In this document: piece after piece, positions 11,082 through 21,836 of the stretch
Position numbering within the stretch: the stretch's first letter is position 1
Layout: the number at the start of each line of letters is the position of its first letter
Made by a program: the position numbers and the translations under genes
Virus record (IMG/VR): IMGVR_UViG_3300022932_000015
Span: 1 to 64,000 of that record
Length of the DNA: 64,000 bases
Reading direction: 5' to 3' (one strand)
Origin: a virus
Notes under the pieces: model-generated
Seen by the model: only the letters and a program-made list of their open reading frames with translations
Databases searched by the model: none
What the model was told of the DNA's origin: nothing

Positions 11082-14000
11082 ATGAGTTGTAGACAACATT
11101 TCACTAATCAAATAATTCTAGATATAAAGGATACTATAGGAGTTGGTAGAACCTCAGCTAAAGAATTGAAGTCATTAAAGATTCTATTACCAGTAGGTGG
11201 AATTAATAATGCAAATGAAAAGCTAGCTTCTAAAGCAAATACTTACAAATGGGGCCAGTCTATTCAGAAAACTATTAATAGTAAATACAATTCTAAAGTA
11301 TACGGTAATCTTATAGATTTAGATAATAACTCTAATCCCTATGGAACTATACTTAATATTACTATACCATCAAAGCTTATAGATGGTTATGAAAAGAAGT
11401 ATAATCAAACTGGATTAGCTCAAATTTCTAATACTGAAAATCCTGTTAATGAAAAGTTAAACGAAAGATTATCTTCAATCATAGAGGGGTTAGGAGTAAA
11501 AGTCGAATTCTTGGATAACTTTGATAAGTCAGACATAATAGGGTTATGGAATCCTATTAATAACCTAATACAAGTATCTAAAGACAAACAAGATGAGTCT
11601 ACACTTTCTGAGGAGGTGAGCCATGCTATAATTGATGGTCTTCCAAATGATCCTGCAGTTATAAACTTGATAAAAAATATAAATAAGCTAGGTTATAAGA
11701 CTATTTTAGCAGAGGAGAGTAGTGAATATGAAGAGTTATACAACAATGATATAAATCTCTTAAATAAAGAAGCTGCAGGTAAATTATTAAGTATAGCCCT
11801 AAGAGACAACTTTGAAAGTAATTCACCAGAAGTCTCTAAATTTTATAAGATATGTAAGATGATCTTTAACAAGATTAAACTCTTATTTAGATCAATATCT
11901 TCTGAAACTGTTGATTCTATACAAAAAGAGGTAGATGAAGTAACTAATAAAATTGCAAAATCGTTTTTATCTGATGAAATTAAAGAGCTAGACTTTAGCT
12001 ATGAAACTGAAAAAGCTATTTTATTTCAAGTAAAAGGAGAACCAAAATTACAAAAGAAAGATAAATATATTCAACAGATAGTTGAGTTGAAAAGAAGTAT
12101 TGCTAGGAACGAAAAGTCTCTAAACAATATTGATAAAAAATCAGTAGCTTTTGCTCAACTAGAAGAGAAAATTAATTTAATGAAAATTGCCTTACAGGAT
12201 TATTTATTAAATAGTAAAGAAGATTCATTAAGACAAACTGCATTATATCAACTTCAATTGATAAAAGGATTAATAGATGCATATGATTCAGGTCATAAAC
12301 CATCTACTAATGATATAAAAATAGCCTATGATACCTTACAATCTTTAAAGGATATTGTAGGTCTAGAGACTTACGTATTCAAAGCTACAGAAGATCCTGA
12401 ATTAGATGCTAAAAAGTTACTGGATTCTGTATCAGATATTCAAAGAGAATATGCTGTAAAAATAATTCAAGAACACTCTAATGAAGAAGTAAAGCCTACT
12501 GCAGAAGATATAGACGAACAAACTACAGACATAAATAAATTTACAATGGGTTTTGGTACGTTGACCAATCTGACGAATTACATTGCCAGAACTATAGGTA
12601 GTTTAATTAAAGCAGCTCAAATTAGAGTTTCTAAGAAACAAGGAGCTTTATATGAGGAGATTAGAAAAAATGTAGATAATCTTAAAAAGTGGGGTAAAAG
12701 AAACAATGTCCAAGATAAGGACTTGTACAACATTTTTCTACAAAATAATAGAGGAACTACAGTTTTAGTTAGAGAATATACTGAAGAATTTTATGAAGAT
12801 CTATATAAAGGATTTAAAAATAATAATTGGAAAACTTTAGCAACTAGAAATTCAGATGGTACTTATATACCATTGAACTTAAAAAAATATGAAAACCCTA
12901 ACTATAAAAAGATACAAGGAGATAAGGATTTAAAAGCATTCTATGAATTCTATCAGAAGACTATGTCTGAATCAATTGATAGACTTCCAACACATCTCTT
13001 AAAAGGTATGGGAGGAAGTTATAAAAATGGATTTGTAGCTAATATAGGTAGAGATGATTTACAACATTTACTAAATGCTTCAACATTCTTTGGTAAAGCT
13101 AAACAGTTATTCTCTAATATCACAAACATAAGAGTAAGAGAAGTATATAATGACGATTTTATTAGAGATGAGATACTTTCTAAAGATGAAATTCCTGTAA
13201 AATATCTAAAGAAGATAGCTTCTGAGGATAAGTCTAATGACTTAGGAGAAGCTTTATATAAATTCGGAGCCTTTACAATTAGTCATGAAGAGTTAACAGA
13301 AGTATTACCACAAGCAAGATTGCTTGAGAATCAATTATTAGCTAAAAAAAGTCTTGTTAAAGCTTCTAATCCTACTGAAACTGTAAATACAGAAGACAGT
13401 AACTTAGCCAAAATAGTTAAGAAGACTATTGAGATGCAGTTACTTGGTAAAACAAAAGAAGATCAAGGTAAGATCACTATTGGAGATATATATGATGAGA
13501 GTGGGGAAGTAATAGGTAAGAAGCATATTGCTGCTTCTAATATTGCTGATTTTGGATTGAAATACAACAGTTTACTTAGGATTGGATTTAACCCATTCAA
13601 TGCTATAACTAACGTTGTTATTGGTGAGGTTAGTACAGCAATGGAAGCTATAGGAGGTAGATATTTCAATAAGAAAGATCTAACTGATGCTACAGGTATA
13701 TTTTTCAAAGAAATAAACAACAAAGAATCTAAGTTAAAGAAATTATTAGAAGTATTTAATCCACTTCAAGAGTTAGAAGATTATGATTATGCTAAAAATG
13801 TTAGTATAAAATCTAATATTGAAGAGAAGATAAAAAGCTTTCTATATACTCCTCAGAAAACAGGAGAGTTATTTTTACAGAGCAGATCTATGATTGCGAT
13901 GCTAAAACACAAGAAATTTAAAGTTGGAGAAGCAGAAGTCAGTTTTTGGGATATATTAGATGATAACGGTGAGTTAAAAAAAGAATATGAATCCTTAATG

Positions 14001-14720
14001 ACAAAGGAAGAATTAGATAATCTTATTACTTCATTTTCAGCTAAAATTCAAGGAGTTAATTCAAAGATGCATGGTAGGTATTCTCAGAGAGATGCAGCTA
14101 TTATTAATCAGAATATTCTTTGGAGAATGGCTTTCCAATTTAAAAAATGGATTCCAGCAGCAATAGAGACTAGATTTGGAAGTAAACAATTTGATAATAT
14201 AACTCAGGATGTTCAAGAAGGAAGATGGAATACAATGGTTAAACTTCTGTTAAACTATAAAGATACATATTCAAGGTTGCAGAGAGGTGAATTAGAAGAA
14301 TATGAAATTTATAATTTCAAAAAGAGTAGCACTGAATTAGTAATTCTTATTGCAACAATAGTTTTATACTATGGATTAAAATGGGATGATGATGAAGAAA
14401 GAAAGAATGATCCTTGGTATAAATTTACTATGGATCAGTTAGATAAAGTTTCTGGAGATTTATTATTCTTATCAAATCCTAAAAATGTAACTAAATTAAC
14501 TAAGTCTCCATTTGCTATTACTAAACTAGCAGATCAAATATTAGACTTAGGATCTTCTTTACCAACTTTATTAGGTTATGGAGAAATGGATTATCAATCT
14601 GGTCCTAATAAAGGACATAACAAAGTTGTAACAAACATAATTGGATTAACTCCTGGTGTAAAACCATTTGGAGAAGTTGCTAAAATGTTTAATGAACAAA
14701 AATATAGAGAATATCACTAA
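11082..14720 (+). CDS. Large virion/ejection protein
   Basis: 1212 aa directly after vRNAP; helical-looking; degenerate zincin-like EEVSH. Confidence 0.6.
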   Translation: MSCRQHFTNQIILDIKDTIGVGRTSAKELKSLKILLPVGGINNANEKLASKANTYKWGQSIQKTINSKYNSKVYGNLIDLDNNSNPYGTILNITIPSKLIDGYEKKYNQTGLAQISNTENPVNEKLNERLSSIIEGLGVKVEFLDNFDKSDIIGLWNPINNLIQVSKDKQDESTLSEEVSHAIIDGLPNDPAVINLIKNINKLGYKTILAEESSEYEELYNNDINLLNKEAAGKLLSIALRDNFESNSPEVSKFYKICKMIFNKIKLLFRSISSETVDSIQKEVDEVTNKIAKSFLSDEIKELDFSYETEKAILFQVKGEPKLQKKDKYIQQIVELKRSIARNEKSLNNIDKKSVAFAQLEEKINLMKIALQDYLLNSKEDSLRQTALYQLQLIKGLIDAYDSGHKPSTNDIKIAYDTLQSLKDIVGLETYVFKATEDPELDAKKLLDSVSDIQREYAVKIIQEHSNEEVKPTAEDIDEQTTDINKFTMGFGTLTNLTNYIARTIGSLIKAAQIRVSKKQGALYEEIRKNVDNLKKWGKRNNVQDKDLYNIFLQNNRGTTVLVREYTEEFYEDLYKGFKNNNWKTLATRNSDGTYIPLNLKKYENPNYKKIQGDKDLKAFYEFYQKTMSESIDRLPTHLLKGMGGSYKNGFVANIGRDDLQHLLNASTFFGKAKQLFSNITNIRVREVYNDDFIRDEILSKDEIPVKYLKKIASEDKSNDLGEALYKFGAFTISHEELTEVLPQARLLENQLLAKKSLVKASNPTETVNTEDSNLAKIVKKTIEMQLLGKTKEDQGKITIGDIYDESGEVIGKKHIAASNIADFGLKYNSLLRIGFNPFNAITNVVIGEVSTAMEAIGGRYFNKKDLTDATGIFFKEINNKESKLKKLLEVFNPLQELEDYDYAKNVSIKSNIEEKIKSFLYTPQKTGELFLQSRSMIAMLKHKKFKVGEAEVSFWDILDDNGELKKEYESLMTKEELDNLITSFSAKIQGVNSKMHGRYSQRDAAIINQNILWRMAFQFKKWIPAAIETRFGSKQFDNITQDVQEGRWNTMVKLLLNYKDTYSRLQRGELEEYEIYNFKKSSTELVILIATIVLYYGLKWDDDEERKNDPWYKFTMDQLDKVSGDLLFLSNPKNVTKLTKSPFAITKLADQILDLGSSLPTLLGYGEMDYQSGPNKGHNKVVTNIIGLTPGVKPFGEVAKMFNEQKYREYH

Positions 14721-14727
14721 AATATAA

Positions 14728-14762
14728 AAAACAGAAGATGCTTATTTAACATCTTCTGTTTT
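14728..14762. terminator. Bidirectional intrinsic terminator between convergent modules
   Basis: AAAACAGAAGATG / CATCTTCTGTTTT 13-bp inverted repeat at the +/- convergence. Confidence 0.8.
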
Positions 14763-14963
14763 AATTATTTCACCACTTTCTTCAAATACAGAAAGTTCAG
14801 TATACTCACTAGATCTACCATACCTCATTAAGTGGGTAGTTCCACCAGTAACACCTACAGTGTTGCATTTACAATACTTAACAGTATCATCATTAGATTC
14901 TAATATTTGCTTACACTTATTACATTGAATTTTGTTTACTAATATTTCCATAATATTTACCAA
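14742..14963 (-). CDS. Small Cys-rich zinc-binding phage protein
   Basis: CxxC...CxC...VTGG pattern. Confidence 0.6.
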   Translation of the reverse strand: MVNIMEILVNKIQCNKCKQILESNDDTVKYCKCNTVGVTGGTTHLMRYGRSSEYTELSVFEESGEIIKTEDVK

Positions 14964-15583
14964 TTTATTTTTACTTCCAGTAATTTGTTGGCTTCATTAA
15001 AACAATCTCTATAATTCCAAGTTCTTTTCTGATAACTTGCAGCTACAGGATGTTCACATTCTAAAATTTTGCTATTTTTTATAATAGCTTTAAAGCTTTG
15101 AGCATCTTTTCCCCATAACATAAATATTATACCTTTCTTATCAAGCTCTTCAATAGTTCTAACTATAAAGCTTTCCCACCCCATTCCTCTATGACTACCA
15201 CTTTTTCCTGAATCTACTGTTAAAACAGAATTGAGAAGCATAACACCCTGTTCTGTCCAAGGAGTTAAGTTAGTCTTAAGATCTTTTCCTAAGGCTTCTC
15301 TAAGTTTAACAATTGTAGGAGTAACTTTCCCTGAAGTAGAGAAAGCTAAACCATGAGCTTCACTAGGATTTATATATGGATCTTGTCCTATAATACAAAT
15401 CTTAACCCTACTATAAGGAGTAAATTTATAAGCGTTAAACACGTCAGTACTTGCTGGATAAACAGTATTCTTAGTTCTTCTTTCTTGAATAAAAGCACTT
15501 AACTTTGACATATAAGGTTTAGTGAATTCATCTTTTAAAATAGAATACCATTCCTTACCTAAATATTCGCTTAGTCTATTCAT
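14957..15583 (-). CDS. ung: Uracil-DNA glycosylase, family 1
   Basis: GQDPY, HGLAFS, LLNSVLTV, LWG, HP motifs. Confidence 0.95.
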   Translation of the reverse strand: MNRLSEYLGKEWYSILKDEFTKPYMSKLSAFIQERRTKNTVYPASTDVFNAYKFTPYSRVKICIIGQDPYINPSEAHGLAFSTSGKVTPTIVKLREALGKDLKTNLTPWTEQGVMLLNSVLTVDSGKSGSHRGMGWESFIVRTIEELDKKGIIFMLWGKDAQSFKAIIKNSKILECEHPVAASYQKRTWNYRDCFNEANKLLEVKINW

Positions 15584-15585
15584 AA

Positions 15586-16215
15586 TTAGTTTGTTTTCTC
15601 ATTGTGATGGTCAACTATTTTGACAGGAATTTTGGACATTATCTGCATAATCTCATCTATATGATAAGGAAATAAATTATTAGTATCAACTCCAACATCC
15701 ATAGATCTACCTAATCCTGGTAGTGTATTATGAGAATGACCATATAGATGTATAATACCATGGTGAGATTGATTCCAAACTCTATGACTATAGTGTGATA
15801 AAAAGAACTTCTGTTTACCTACAACTCCAAATTTTCTATCAACATTAACAGAAATTTGTTTCACATAATTACAACTTGCAAATAATCCTCTATAAGGACT
15901 ATCAGAAGGCTCAATATGTTGATCGTGATTACCAAATATCAAATGAATTTCTCTACAGTTTATTTGATCTCTAAATCTTTTAATGTTCTCATGTCCTCCA
16001 AAAGACCAATCTCCTAAGTGATATAAAATATCATCAGATTTAACTACACTATTTATACTCTTTAATAAGGCATAGTTGTGTTCCTCTAGAGTGTCAAAAT
16101 CTCTAGTACTTTGATGAGATCCAGTAAGATCCCATCCAGAAGTACCTCTAACTATATTCTTATGTCCAAAATGGGTATCACTAGTGAACCATATATTTCT
16201 TTTGGTCTGATCCAT
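15586..16215 (-). CDS. Calcineurin-like metallophosphoesterase
   Basis: SDTHFGH, HLGD, GNHD, YGHSH, DVGVD. Confidence 0.9.
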   Translation of the reverse strand: MDQTKRNIWFTSDTHFGHKNIVRGTSGWDLTGSHQSTRDFDTLEEHNYALLKSINSVVKSDDILYHLGDWSFGGHENIKRFRDQINCREIHLIFGNHDQHIEPSDSPYRGLFASCNYVKQISVNVDRKFGVVGKQKFFLSHYSHRVWNQSHHGIIHLYGHSHNTLPGLGRSMDVGVDTNNLFPYHIDEIMQIMSKIPVKIVDHHNEKTN

Positions 16216-17263
16216 AATAATCTTGTCTAATTTTAATTAATAGTTTCATAAAAAATCCTCTTTCTACCTTATCAGGTAAATCAGAGGAATTAAATTCTCT
16301 GTACAAATCATCAATCAACAAAGTAGCTTTGTCTAATAACTTCTGTAAATCATGTTTACCTTTTCTTATTTCTATAAGAAATTCAGCATTTGGTCTTCTT
16401 ACATTTATTGTTTTCTGCTTTGCAATTTCTATACCAGTTTCTAGTAACCTATAGCAGTGAAGTAAATTTTTACCATCAATCTTTTGACCATGGTCTTCAA
16501 CATCAATATATCTTTGTACATTTCTGTTCTTTAACCAGTCACTATACTCTCTATAATCCTTACAATGTTTAATGTAACCATCTTTATTATAAGATATTAC
16601 AGTAGAATTTAAAGTCTGATCTTTTGGAATAGAACTAAGTCTCAAGTCATTGCTAGTTTCTTCATGATTAATTATACCATGATATCCTAATGTACCATTA
16701 GAAGGATATATGAAATAAAGATCTCTAGCATTGTTTATTACAGATACTCCATAGTATTCTTGCTTTTGGCTATGAAAATCTCTTTGAGTTAGTAACCATT
16801 CCTTCAATGGTTTAGTACCAAGTAAAGTTATTACATAACAAAAATCTAAAGGAGTCTTTCTAATCATATTAGATGTCTCCCAATTCATTTTCTTATTTAA
16901 TCCTTTAGCTTTTTCTATCTGAGCATATGCATAACCTCCAAAAGAATGTTTACATGATTTTGATAAAAACTTATCTCTTTCTTTCAAAAGTAAATCAAAT
17001 ACAGGAGCTTTGAAAATAATACAGTCTTCAGGAGAATATAATATTTCAAGCATTGTTGGATTTCCTGTACAACACAAATCAATAAATCTTCTAAGTTCAT
17101 AGTAACATTCATCTTTATTTACAGAATACTGCTCTTGATAACCATTTACAATAACATCTTCTGGATCTTGTAGATAAACACCTTTGAAATCTTCATCAGA
17201 ACCTTCTATATTTGTACCATAAGCATGAGAACCAACTCTAACCTTGAATATTATATCCTTCAT
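16181..17263 (-). CDS. Pol-beta superfamily nucleotidyltransferase (RNA-repair associated type)
   Basis: VGSHAYGTN..SDED, GNP, H..RLL motifs. Confidence 0.8.
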   Translation of the reverse strand: MKDIIFKVRVGSHAYGTNIEGSDEDFKGVYLQDPEDVIVNGYQEQYSVNKDECYYELRRFIDLCCTGNPTMLEILYSPEDCIIFKAPVFDLLLKERDKFLSKSCKHSFGGYAYAQIEKAKGLNKKMNWETSNMIRKTPLDFCYVITLLGTKPLKEWLLTQRDFHSQKQEYYGVSVINNARDLYFIYPSNGTLGYHGIINHEETSNDLRLSSIPKDQTLNSTVISYNKDGYIKHCKDYREYSDWLKNRNVQRYIDVEDHGQKIDGKNLLHCYRLLETGIEIAKQKTINVRRPNAEFLIEIRKGKHDLQKLLDKATLLIDDLYREFNSSDLPDKVERGFFMKLLIKIRQDYYGSDQKKYMVH

Positions 17264-17267
17264 CTTT

Positions 17268-17597
17268 TTAAAGTTCTAAATGATTTCTAACCTTATTGTC
17301 TATTTTCATTATATCCTCTACAGATATATTATAATGATTCTCTAATTCCTTCTTAAAATTATAGTAAGTATCACCAGTGATTAATTTTAAATCATGCCCA
17401 TGATCTCCATTATCAAATGGACTAGGGCAACTACATCCAGAATCACTATCATAATAAAGATCACCCGTATCTAACTTCTCCCAAATACAAAATATATCAA
17501 ATTCATAAGAACCTGCAGTATCTATATATTCAAATATCTGTAATCCACATTTCTCAGGACTATAATATGGATTATCATCAAACTTTAAATTTGTCAT
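17268..17597 (-). CDS. Hypothetical phage protein
   Basis: DSGCSCPSPF motif; operon packing. Confidence 0.6.
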   Translation of the reverse strand: MTNLKFDDNPYYSPEKCGLQIFEYIDTAGSYEFDIFCIWEKLDTGDLYYDSDSGCSCPSPFDNGDHGHDLKLITGDTYYNFKKELENHYNISVEDIMKIDNKVRNHLEL

Positions 17598-18057
17598 ATT
17601 TACTTTTATTAATTTTATTATAATTTTTATACATTTGGTTCATAATTCTAATTGGAATCCATTTACCAGTTTTAAAGTATCTAACTACATTTCTATAGTG
17701 AGCCTTTGATAAGGATATATCAAAAAATTTAATTTTGATATTAACGCCAATACGCTCATATCTGTTTATAATTTCATCAATATATTTCTCTTTGCAATGT
17801 GTATTATCTAAAATGATTTTACAGACCGCTTTTCTATTTAGAAGATTATTTACTCTATCACTAAATTTTCTAGTAACAAAATCTTCACTTGCTTTAGTAT
17901 ATTGATTTTTACCATACTTTTCTCTTATTCTATCTCTAGAAACAGAAGAAATACATTGACAAAGAAGACTTAATTGTTGTTTAGCTGTATACGTTGACTT
18001 ACCACTACAAGGTATGCCGACTAATATTATCAATTCTTTAGTATATCTAATTCCCAT
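17578..18057 (-). CDS. Polynucleotide kinase-like P-loop protein
   Basis: GIPCSGKST Walker A; SRD..R; DNT. Confidence 0.8.
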   Translation of the reverse strand: MGIRYTKELIILVGIPCSGKSTYTAKQQLSLLCQCISSVSRDRIREKYGKNQYTKASEDFVTRKFSDRVNNLLNRKAVCKIILDNTHCKEKYIDEIINRYERIGVNIKIKFFDISLSKAHYRNVVRYFKTGKWIPIRIMNQMYKNYNKINKSKYDKFKV

Positions 18058-18068
18058 AAATAAATGTT

Positions 18069-19199
18069 TTAATGGCTATCAGTAGTTCCATGTTTTTCAC
18101 CATAAACAAGATAGTCTGGATTTATAACTTTCGAGATTTTTCTTCTATCTCCAGTTGCAGATTTTACTACTATACCTTCATGTGGCACTTTACTACCTTG
18201 AATAAATTGATCAAATACTAATCCATCTTGAATTTCTTTAGACCATCGGCCCATGTATAAATACTCTACTGTATCACAAATATTTAGATTTGAGTTTAAG
18301 TAGTGAAACTCATGATCAGCACAATACTCTCCATCAATTTGAATATCAAAGGACTTTAATACATATTCATGAGGAGAGCCATAATCATAGTTCTTTTGGA
18401 TTCCTTTACCAAAAATCTCTCCATAAAGTATTACTCCCTTACCTAAGGTAGATGGACTAAAGTTAGATCTAACAAATTTCCAGAGTCTATGCTTAATATA
18501 ATATTTCTCAGCTACAGTAGCCCAAACATCAGTATCGTAAAATCCTTGAGAATCAGAACCTTTTTCAACATTATGAGATCCATAAACGTATTCATAAGCT
18601 ATCCAAGTATTACCAAAGAACTTTCTAATTCTATCTAGTATAGACATTCTATGTTTTTTAACAATCCCATATCTAGCATTAGTCCCATGAATTTTACGAG
18701 TAATTACTACATCATCACCATCAGCAAACATGTTAGGAACATTCTTTTGATTTGGAAACTTATAATATATCTCAAAAGCAGGATTGCCTTTATATTTTCT
18801 AGTTTTACCACTAGCTAATTGAATATTTCTTACAGGTGGTTCATATTTAAAGATACCTAATGTAGGCATCCAGTCAGATCCTTCTTTAACTAATTTAGGA
18901 CTTCCAAAAACATCATTTAGAGGAATTAGTATACATTCACTGTACACTCCTCTAAGCTTCACAGTTCTCACTCTTGACTTATTTCTTAGATAAGATATAA
19001 CACCCCATTTAGTAGCTAAGTCTTCAGGTATTACTGCATCTGTTGTTATGCATAAAATTAAATCCCCTTCCTTATGTATTCCTTTTTGGACTACTGAAGT
19101 CCACCCATTAACTGTACAAAGCTCTATTTTGTCAGCTCCCTCTATGGGTTCAATCTTATTAATTTTGTTTATAAAACAAACTGAGTCTAAATTTTCCAT
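18069..19199 (-). CDS. ATP-dependent RNA ligase (DRB0094/Rnl5-like)
   Basis: N-terminal PIEGADKIE...LRGVYS; KIHGTN motif I; GEIFG; EGIVVK. Confidence 0.85.
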   Translation of the reverse strand: MENLDSVCFINKINKIEPIEGADKIELCTVNGWTSVVQKGIHKEGDLILCITTDAVIPEDLATKWGVISYLRNKSRVRTVKLRGVYSECILIPLNDVFGSPKLVKEGSDWMPTLGIFKYEPPVRNIQLASGKTRKYKGNPAFEIYYKFPNQKNVPNMFADGDDVVITRKIHGTNARYGIVKKHRMSILDRIRKFFGNTWIAYEYVYGSHNVEKGSDSQGFYDTDVWATVAEKYYIKHRLWKFVRSNFSPSTLGKGVILYGEIFGKGIQKNYDYGSPHEYVLKSFDIQIDGEYCADHEFHYLNSNLNICDTVEYLYMGRWSKEIQDGLVFDQFIQGSKVPHEGIVVKSATGDRRKISKVINPDYLVYGEKHGTTDSH

Positions 19200-19229
19200 T
19201 TATTATGTTTAATATTTATATTTAGTTAG

Positions 19230-19301
19230 TGTTCCCTACAGGATCTGAACCTGTGACCTTCACGTTATGAGCGTGTTGCTCTACCACTGAGCTAAGAGAA
19301 C
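19230..19301 (-). tRNA. tRNA with CAU anticodon (Met or Ile2); CCA not encoded
   Basis: GTTCTCT/AGGGAAC acceptor, GCTC/GAGC D-arm, loop CTCATAA, ACAGG-TTCAGAT-CCTGT T-arm. Confidence 0.9.
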
Positions 19302-19481
19302 AAAAGAAACCAGACGACTTTAGCTTTCTGGATTAATATAAGCATTGGGCTGAACCATCTTATATAGCTACCTATAATTAGCATATGACACATATAGGGT
19401 ACTCAACTTTCATTTAATCTACTGGTGAGTATAACATCTCCATTCAATTAAAGAGGAAGAAGTTGGTGCAATAAGATATTC

Positions 19482-19724
19482 CTATACTAGAATAGTAGTT
19501 TCTTTGCGTATAAATTTTCTTGCAGAGTTGTTTAAAAAAGATGTTAAACAGTTCGCCCTTTCTACTAAATCAAATTTTTCTGCAATTGTTAATCCACTTA
19601 AATCCTCTGGAGTAGCGGTTTTATATTTTTCGGTATCAAGTTTTATATTAGAATTACCAAGTCTAGAGTAAGATTTAGACTCACTGTCCCAAACTGATTC
19701 AAATTCAATTATTAAATTTTTCAT
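19482..19724 (-). CDS. Hypothetical protein
   Basis: ORF on the operon strand. Confidence 0.6.
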   Translation of the reverse strand: MKNLIIEFESVWDSESKSYSRLGNSNIKLDTEKYKTATPEDLSGLTIAEKFDLVERANCLTSFLNNSARKFIRKETTILV

Positions 19725-19796
19725 ATTTTTTTAAGTTTAATTTAATTATAAAATCTAGATTTTTAAAGAGCTTCTTGATTAGTAAACTCATCCTTA

Positions 19797-20003
19797 CTAC
19801 TCAACTCTTGAAACTTTAACTCCTTTTATGCCATTTTCTTCTATATTAGAAGTACTGAAAGTCTTATTTCTATTAACATTTTTAGACTTTTGCATACTTA
19901 ATATATCACACAAATCTTTTACAGTTTTATTTGGTATAAAGAAACTTTCATCAACTTTAAGATCTGTAATTGGACATTTGAAAGATCCTCTTCTAGCTCG
20001 CAT
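19797..20003 (-). CDS. Small basic hypothetical protein
   Basis: LKVDESFFIP...GVKVSRVE; overlaps upstream stop. Confidence 0.6.
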   Translation of the reverse strand: MRARRGSFKCPITDLKVDESFFIPNKTVKDLCDILSMQKSKNVNRNKTFSTSNIEENGIKGVKVSRVE

Positions 20004-21582
20004 ATCTATTTAACTTTGTTCTAATTTGATCTAAAGTAGTTTCTCTAACTAATTTTCCATCTTTGAATACAGTAGTTAATAATTGTATCATATTACCTTT
20101 TCCAGATTCTTGTTCCCAAGTACATTGATCCACTACACCAATAGCATCTTTAATTACATTATTAGTGTTTTGCCAACCCTGTGTTACTACTAATAATCCT
20201 TTTTTAGATTTCTTAGTACCATCATCAGTAATAGGATCTTTAAAGATTTCTTTCCATTCTCCATTTACTTCACCTCCAGTAGCTTTCATTGCAAACCCAA
20301 AAGTATCTCTAGTATTGTATTGATAAGTATAACTTCCTATACCTAATACTATATTAGTACTAGCAAAACCTTTAGCTTTTAATCTTTCACAGATTTGAAT
20401 AGCTCTTTCTGTAGTAATAGAATCACCATAGATGGCTCCAATACGAGAATCTAGTACTTTGTATCCTTGTGTATTGACAGTACCACCAAAAATATCCCAA
20501 AGAAGTTCTATAACTCCATGCCTACTTTCATATGTCAAATCCTTACCAGTCTCCTTGTCTCTATAATTAAAACCTTTATCTTCTGGTCTAATTATTTCAA
20601 GCTCATCTAGCTCATAACCACATATAATCCTTATAGGATCTCCAGAATCAGGTCTAATTACTAACTTACCATCTCTAGCCAATATTTGCTCTTTAATTTG
20701 AGGTAAGAAGTCACCTATAACTTTCCATAAATTCCAAGTATCAGATACCACAGATAGTATACCTTTTGGATATAAATCTAATAATCTTTTAAAGGTTTCT
20801 ATTTCAGATTCCTTCTCACCCATACACATAACAGAATGTTCAGTAGCAGGGACACTAGCTCCAATTAATCCTTCAGCTTTATAACTAGATTCAAGTTTAT
20901 AAATAGCAGGAATAGTATCAGTCCCAGTAAAGGATAATAAATGTCCCATCCCACTAAGAATAGCTGATTCAGGGCTAGACATACCACGCATACTAAAATC
21001 ATGACCTTGCCATTGAACACCTTCAGTACTTCCTGTAGTTTCAATTGCATACTTTTCAAGTATTTTCTTATATTCATAGGCTATTGTTGCTGATGTTACA
21101 GGTTGCCATAACATACAACTAATTAAGGTTTCTAAATAATTAACTAACCATGCGAAATCTGCATGGGTATTAGTAATTGTTAACATAGGAACTCCAATTG
21201 GACATAAAGTACCTTCTTCTAGAGCTTTAATTTCAATAGGTAAGTAACCCAAATCCCATAAAGCTTCAATATGAGTGGTATCTACATCACAGTGTCTTTT
21301 ATATTCAGTAATTACTCTTTGTTTAGTATCATCTAAAATAAAATCTTTGCCTATCTCCTCAAGTTTCTTTCTGTTTCCTAATGAAAAGTAAAAAAACTCT
21401 TTATTAAATTTATCAATTAAATATTCTAAAATGAAATGCTGTATACCAAATACAACTACTTCATCTATACCTGCAATTCTAGATTTACGAGGAGTAAAGT
21501 TAGAATATAGTTTTGTCATACCTTCAGGATACATCCTAGTATGATGAATTTTGTAGCTATCTACAAGTAGTAATGGATTCAT
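19993..21582 (-). CDS. nadV: Nicotinamide phosphoribosyltransferase-like protein (NAMPT/Namat)
   Basis: DSYK, HDFSMRG, SVPATEHS, SVVSDT, IRPDSG, YGD, KKSKKG. Confidence 0.92.
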   Translation of the reverse strand: MNPLLLVDSYKIHHTRMYPEGMTKLYSNFTPRKSRIAGIDEVVVFGIQHFILEYLIDKFNKEFFYFSLGNRKKLEEIGKDFILDDTKQRVITEYKRHCDVDTTHIEALWDLGYLPIEIKALEEGTLCPIGVPMLTITNTHADFAWLVNYLETLISCMLWQPVTSATIAYEYKKILEKYAIETTGSTEGVQWQGHDFSMRGMSSPESAILSGMGHLLSFTGTDTIPAIYKLESSYKAEGLIGASVPATEHSVMCMGEKESEIETFKRLLDLYPKGILSVVSDTWNLWKVIGDFLPQIKEQILARDGKLVIRPDSGDPIRIICGYELDELEIIRPEDKGFNYRDKETGKDLTYESRHGVIELLWDIFGGTVNTQGYKVLDSRIGAIYGDSITTERAIQICERLKAKGFASTNIVLGIGSYTYQYNTRDTFGFAMKATGGEVNGEWKEIFKDPITDDGTKKSKKGLLVVTQGWQNTNNVIKDAIGVVDQCTWEQESGKGNMIQLLTTVFKDGKLVRETTLDQIRTKLNRYAS

Positions 21583-21833
21583 TATTCTGATAGTATTAGA
21601 TTTAATTTATTTGCTACTTTAGTATTATGATTAATTACATCATTTAACTTGGATTTCTCAATTTCTAATTTAGTAATCTGCTCATTTCTAACATTTACAG
21701 CTTCTTTAGCCTGATTATTAACCTCTGATAATTCGTTAATGGTTCTGGTAAATACATCTATTATAGATGCACTTTTGTCACAGATAGATTTAACATCATT
21801 AAACCCTACTGCTTTTTTAATTTGTTGTAGCAT
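21582..21833 (-). CDS. Coiled-coil hypothetical protein
   Basis: Heptad-like pattern; translationally coupled. Confidence 0.6.
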   Translation of the reverse strand: MLQQIKKAVGFNDVKSICDKSASIIDVFTRTINELSEVNNQAKEAVNVRNEQITKLEIEKSKLNDVINHNTKVANKLNLILSE

Positions 21834-21836
21834 ATT

